DNA of 64,000 nucleotides from Coniocarpon cinnabarinum (taxonomy: Eukaryota). Below, one piece after another: positions 59,453 to 64,000 of this stretch. Within the stretch, counting starts at the first letter, position 1; the number at the start of each line of letters is the position of its first letter. The translations under genes were made by a program, and so were the position numbers. The notes below the pieces were generated by a model. The model saw only the letters and a list, made by a program, of their open reading frames with translations, was not told where the DNA came from and made no database searches. Where the stretch lies: NCBI GenBank assembly GCA_051942205.1, contig JAVECO010000020.1:1-64000 (forward strand). Direction: 5' to 3'.

Positions 59453-61321
59453 ATGGACACTGTTCGCAATATGCGTGTTGGGAGCACCGGCAACAACACC
59501 AGTCACAATCCGGGTGTGATTGGCAATCGGCCAAACCAACCAACATACATGAGCGGCGCTCAACGTGCCCAGAATCACGTGTACATGAACCCAAACGCCA
59601 TGATGTCAAATTCAAACAATACCGAGGAAGCAGATGACATTGTCCGCTCTTTGAAAGGGATCAGTTTACAGACGCCGTCAGTGACGCAGTCTGGGCAGCC
59701 TAGCCCTCTTCTTTCCACACAAGGGTCGACTCCAAGCGGTGTTGCCTTGCCATACATGTACAACGGCCAGCTCATGTTTTCTCAACAACCCTACTACACG
59801 CAGAACGGTGCCCACGCTTTGAATGTGGCTCCTGGAATGTATGGGGGTGGCAACAATTCAATGATGAATGGCAGTGTGTTGAATGCCTATCAGCAGTCTC
59901 ATTTCACTTCAGAGCATAGCCCGCCAAGTTGGCAATCGTCACGCATGACCTCTGGTCAAGTGCCTCCCTCTTTGGTCACACCGCGCCGCAGCTCAGGAGG
60001 TTCTTCAAACGAGCACGATATTCCAGGAACACCTTTCACACAGTACACAGGCGTCGGTGGAGGTGTACCAGTCTTTGACCATTCACCAAACAGTATCTAT
60101 GCATGGAGCACCCCGTCTCCAACCCAGGCACGCTTCTTCAACAAACCTCAGGCTCAGATTCAAATCCCTCTGGAGTTGCAGGTTCTCTGTCAAAAGGACC
60201 CTCCAATCCCAAAGGCAGTGCCCGCTCCCTTCTCTCCGACCAAGCCACTCGATCGCCGTTTGGAGAATCCGAACGGCATCACAAGTCAGTGTTAAACTCT
60301 GGTATGATTACATCAGAGCGAGTGGGCTGATTTTTTTTTCCCCCAGACGTGTACATTCGTGGCCTCCAGCCCAATACCAGTGATGAGATGCTCTACAGTC
60401 TGGCCAAGCGATTTGGTGACATTGAGAGCTCCAAAGCAATCATCGATTTGAACACGGGCCTTTGCAAAGGGTGAGTCCATTACGACTATCAGACTGCGAT
60501 GCTTCACGTGTGGCCGCTAATGTCTGTTGGACAGTTTTGGCTTTGTCAAGTACTTCAACTTCAAGGATGCCGAAGACTGCATCCGCGGATTCCACTTCTG
60601 CGGCTATGAGACATCTTTCGCCCGCGAGTCTTTCTACAGTCAACTCAAAAAGCTTGCAGACCAGGCCGCGACAAACCTCTACATTTCCAATCTTCCCATT
60701 GAGTTCAATGAGCACGATCTTGGCGCCATCTTTGATGGATATGAGGTTTGCTCAAAGAGAATTCTTCGCACTGCCGACGGATCAGGTCGCGGCGTCGGTT
60801 TCGCCCGCTTTGCATCTCACGAGGTCTGCGAACAAGTGATTCAGGACTTCAACAATCGCGCAGTCTCCAAGGCCGACGGCGAAAAGTACAACATCCAGAT
60901 CCGCTACGCCGACACGCCGGAACAGAAGGCCTTAAAGCAACAGACAACTGCAGCTCGTCAATACCGCTCGGCTGAATACGAGTCTCAGACCTCACAAACT
61001 CCCGACAGTGCTTTCGTCCCGCACATCAACGGCGCCAACGACTTTGAACAATATATCTCTGGTGCCTTGAATGGTCACGCACCCTCTGATGCATACGACA
61101 CCGGCGTCGGAGTAAACGGACGTCTGTCGGCCTTGTCTTCGCATCTGAGCCCAAGCCTGCCGTCAGCCACGGTCAATGTACACGTGCCGCAGAACGGCCG
61201 CAAGGGCATGTCTGAAGATGAGGGATCAGCTGGAGATGATGAGAAGACCATCCACGCTGCCATTGTCCCTGCCTCCACCAAGGACAAGCCCGTCTACATG
61301 GACACTCGCGCCACTGCTTGA
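59453..61321 (+). CDS. Two-RRM RNA-binding protein (MSSP/Spo5-like) with low-complexity N-terminus
   Basis: RRM1 NVYIRGL..CKG|FGFVKY and RRM2 TNLYISNLP..GRGVGFARF..IQIRYAD. Introns at ~60286-60346 and ~60471-60534. Confidence 0.85.
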
Positions 61322-62698
61322 GCAGACCATTACACCGCCGCGCTGCACCCGACTTGGAATGGGAAACATTCCATGTCGGTGGCATTCATTATCTCATGTC
61401 TACTCGCTCATGACATTCGTTTGACATCTTCAACTACGCTCACTCTCGACCATGTTTCATTTTGTTGCAGCTTGGGGACATTTTGCAGCGTCAACAGCTC
61501 AACTTGGACGATTTGGGAGAGTTCCATGAAAAAAGTCCCTGACACACACACATCTTGTGACTGCATTCTATTGATCGATTTCTATATGGCATGTTTCAGC
61601 CATATGTTGCTACCGCAGAGCATATGATATGATGAATGATGCATGGACCAAAATATTTGACGCTCATCTGACCTTGCCCTTCCGACGGGCTGGCAGACGA
61701 CCCAATGGTTTGTCACTAACGCTATTGTCAACTCAGCATGTGATGGAGAGCATGCATGGGTCTACGGCCGTCTTGAGCGTGATCATAATTACGCATGGCA
61801 GATAGTTATGATCGAATGAATGTAATGTTGTTTCTACCTCGTTTAGCATGTGCCAGTGCATTGCAGTTGACACGCTTTGGCTCCCTAGCTGGATGTCATC
61901 GTTGCTAGTTTTGTTCGAGCATCTAACGCTATATGTGATTCCATGGATCGCGACCAACAGGGTCGTGAAACGTGAAATCGCAACGTGCGAGAGTCGTCGA
62001 GGTCCAAAGCAACGTCGTGGTCGTTCACAGATGGAACGAAGTTGGGCTCTGATCTCCCTTCATTAAGATATCGACTTAAAGGTTCGCAACTTCTTAGGAC
62101 GTCCCGAAATCTGCTTTTGAGCTGCGATGTTATATCTTATACATCATGTATCGCTCTGACCTGTGGACATCCGCGTCAAAACCAGGGTCTAGGTGAAGAT
62201 TTGCTAACCCTGTCCAGGTGCACGACTTCCCGCATCGATTCGCCCAGCGTGGTGCCATGACTTGCTATGGACAAGGAAGAGTAGGAAACCCTAGAGAATT
62301 CTGGAGCGATGATCAGGAAATTGCAAGAAGGGTCGTCGTCTTGGGTGAATCACTCTTCTCGGGGGATTGCGATTCAGAAGAGGCCATGGAACACGTGACC
62401 TAGAAACTCGAAAGACGTCCTCGATGGTGAGGATTGGTCTTGACCCTGAGCAGACTTATTGCGACGGGAGGATGCACGAGATTTCTCAAGATCAAAAAAA
62501 TGGATGGAGCATTGTGGACGTTTCGACAGAATATGCTAGATCCGCTGTCTCCACATATCCACCCTCATTTCCGCTTCGCACATCCTGAACCCACATTTGT
62601 ACATTTTCATCTGAGACATAATTCATCTCACGATAGCTTTTTCACAGAGACATCACCGTATCAGAAATGAAACGTGTCCACCTCCGAGATTCGCTCGG

Positions 62699-63983
62699 CT
62701 AATCACCTTCACTCTTCGCCCGCAACACGACCCACGCTTTGGACATGCGACACTCCCACTCGCGGTCCAGCTCCTTCAACTGCCTCTTCGTGTCGTCCAG
62801 CTGTGCTTTGAGTTTCTGGTGCTCGTGGAAGAGGTCGCGGTAGTGCTTATACGAGTCTTGGAGGGAGGACTCGGCGAAGTAGACGCGCCGGTGAAGCGAT
62901 TGGGGTGTGAGGTTTTTGGAGAGCTGGACTGGACGTGGACTCTTTGGAGATGCAACTGAGGGCGTTGGGATTGAGGAGGTTGCGGACGTGAATGGACCGT
63001 TGCCTGTGTTGTTGGGTGGTTTGGTTTGGGTGATGGACGCGACACCTGTGGAAGAGGCGGGCACTGGCGCTGCAATTACTGGATCAGACTCTGACAGGAC
63101 TGGCAGCGGCTTTGCAGGATTTGTGGCGACACTATCAGAACCTCGCGAGGAGTCCGATTGCTGTGTGGCAGGTTCGCCCTGAACAGGCTGCAGTGATGCA
63201 GCCTGAGAGGCATTCGTCCTCGGTGCTGTAACAGCAGCGTTTGCCCGAGTCGATGAGCGTGTTATTCTGCGAATGGGGCACCCTTGGCTGGGTGTCTTGC
63301 TTTGAAGAGGTACGGGTTTGGTGCGCAGGGGCTGCTGTTTGATTCTCTTAGCACAGGATTGTTCTGGAAACGGATGTTCATGCTTCTTGCCAGCCGCAAC
63401 GCGGCCTTGATTGCTGCTGCACATGGCCGGCTCAACACTGGTATTCGGAGACCCGAAGGTGTGCAAGAGAGACAAACTTGATTGCCTGCGCAGCACTCCA
63501 CCGACGGCTGCTGATTGATTCGGTCTATCCTTTGAAAACTCACACAGCTTCGAAGTGGACTGTTGGGTCTTGACTAGCGTCGGCGGGCAGGCCATCGCGG
63601 CTGGGGACAAGGGCCGGCGAGTGGCTGCATCAGCGTTCGAACTATTGCAGCGAGAGGGAGTTTGAATATCGTGTGAATACATGGGAGCTACAGGAGCGGC
63701 AGCTGCACCGCCGTCTCCATGCCAAGGTTGGCAAATTCTGGAATAGGTAAGCAGACCGGATGAGTGTTGCAATGTGAATCAAGTACTGTAAGCTTGCCGA
63801 TGGTGGCGACTCGGACTGGACGATGTCGTCGTGGTCTCCTTGAGCATCCATTCCTCCTAGGTCTTCCTCTGTTGTATCACCGCTCGCGTCTGGCTGAGAA
63901 ACAGGATACGAGAGGATGCGATGTCCGAACCGCTGATTGAGACAGGCCGGATGAAGCTTTGTCCGATCGAGGTGCTCGTGCAT
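62699..63983 (-). CDS. Hypothetical low-complexity protein with C-terminal coiled coil (5' end may lie outside the window)
   Basis: Long S/P/T-rich ORF ending in heptad-like YRDLFHEHQKLKAQLDDTKRQLKELDRE. A plausible intron at ~63738-63786 links it to the upstream ORF. Confidence 0.55.
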
Positions 63984-64000
63984 GGCGAGAAAAGCCTGGT

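Overview
Gene-dense window from a filamentous ascomycete (Pezizomycotina, with short GT-AG introns and RIP signatures). The first ~1.48 kb is an AT-rich, RIP-mutated transposon block containing a Ty3/Gypsy LTR and gag remnant. About 24 protein-coding genes follow. Core genes include tubulin cofactor D, ESF1, SEN34, URK1, GID8, Hikeshi/OPI10, TAO3/PAG1 and NADPH-P450 reductase. A probable accessory segment at ~32.8-44.3 kb holds an MFS transporter, a kinase pseudogene, an atypical P450, a kinase-ankyrin gene and a HeLo-pseudokinase gene. Highlights: (1) a fully foldable tRNA-Leu(UAG) gene at 20686-20887 that carries its canonical anticodon intron plus two 55-nt spliceosomal-type introns (GC-AG in the D-loop, GT-AG in the T-loop), directly downstream of SEN34; (2) a head-to-head pair of an active kinase-ankyrin gene and a HeLo-pseudokinase gene, resembling a RIPK/MLKL-type cell-death module; (3) two intronic box C/D snoRNA candidates in GID8; (4) a divergent DUF2235 hydrolase / dioxygenase-P450 pair; (5) a Mutator-like MITE between TAO3 and CPR. 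All calls come from manual reading. No database searches were run, and exon boundaries are predictions.
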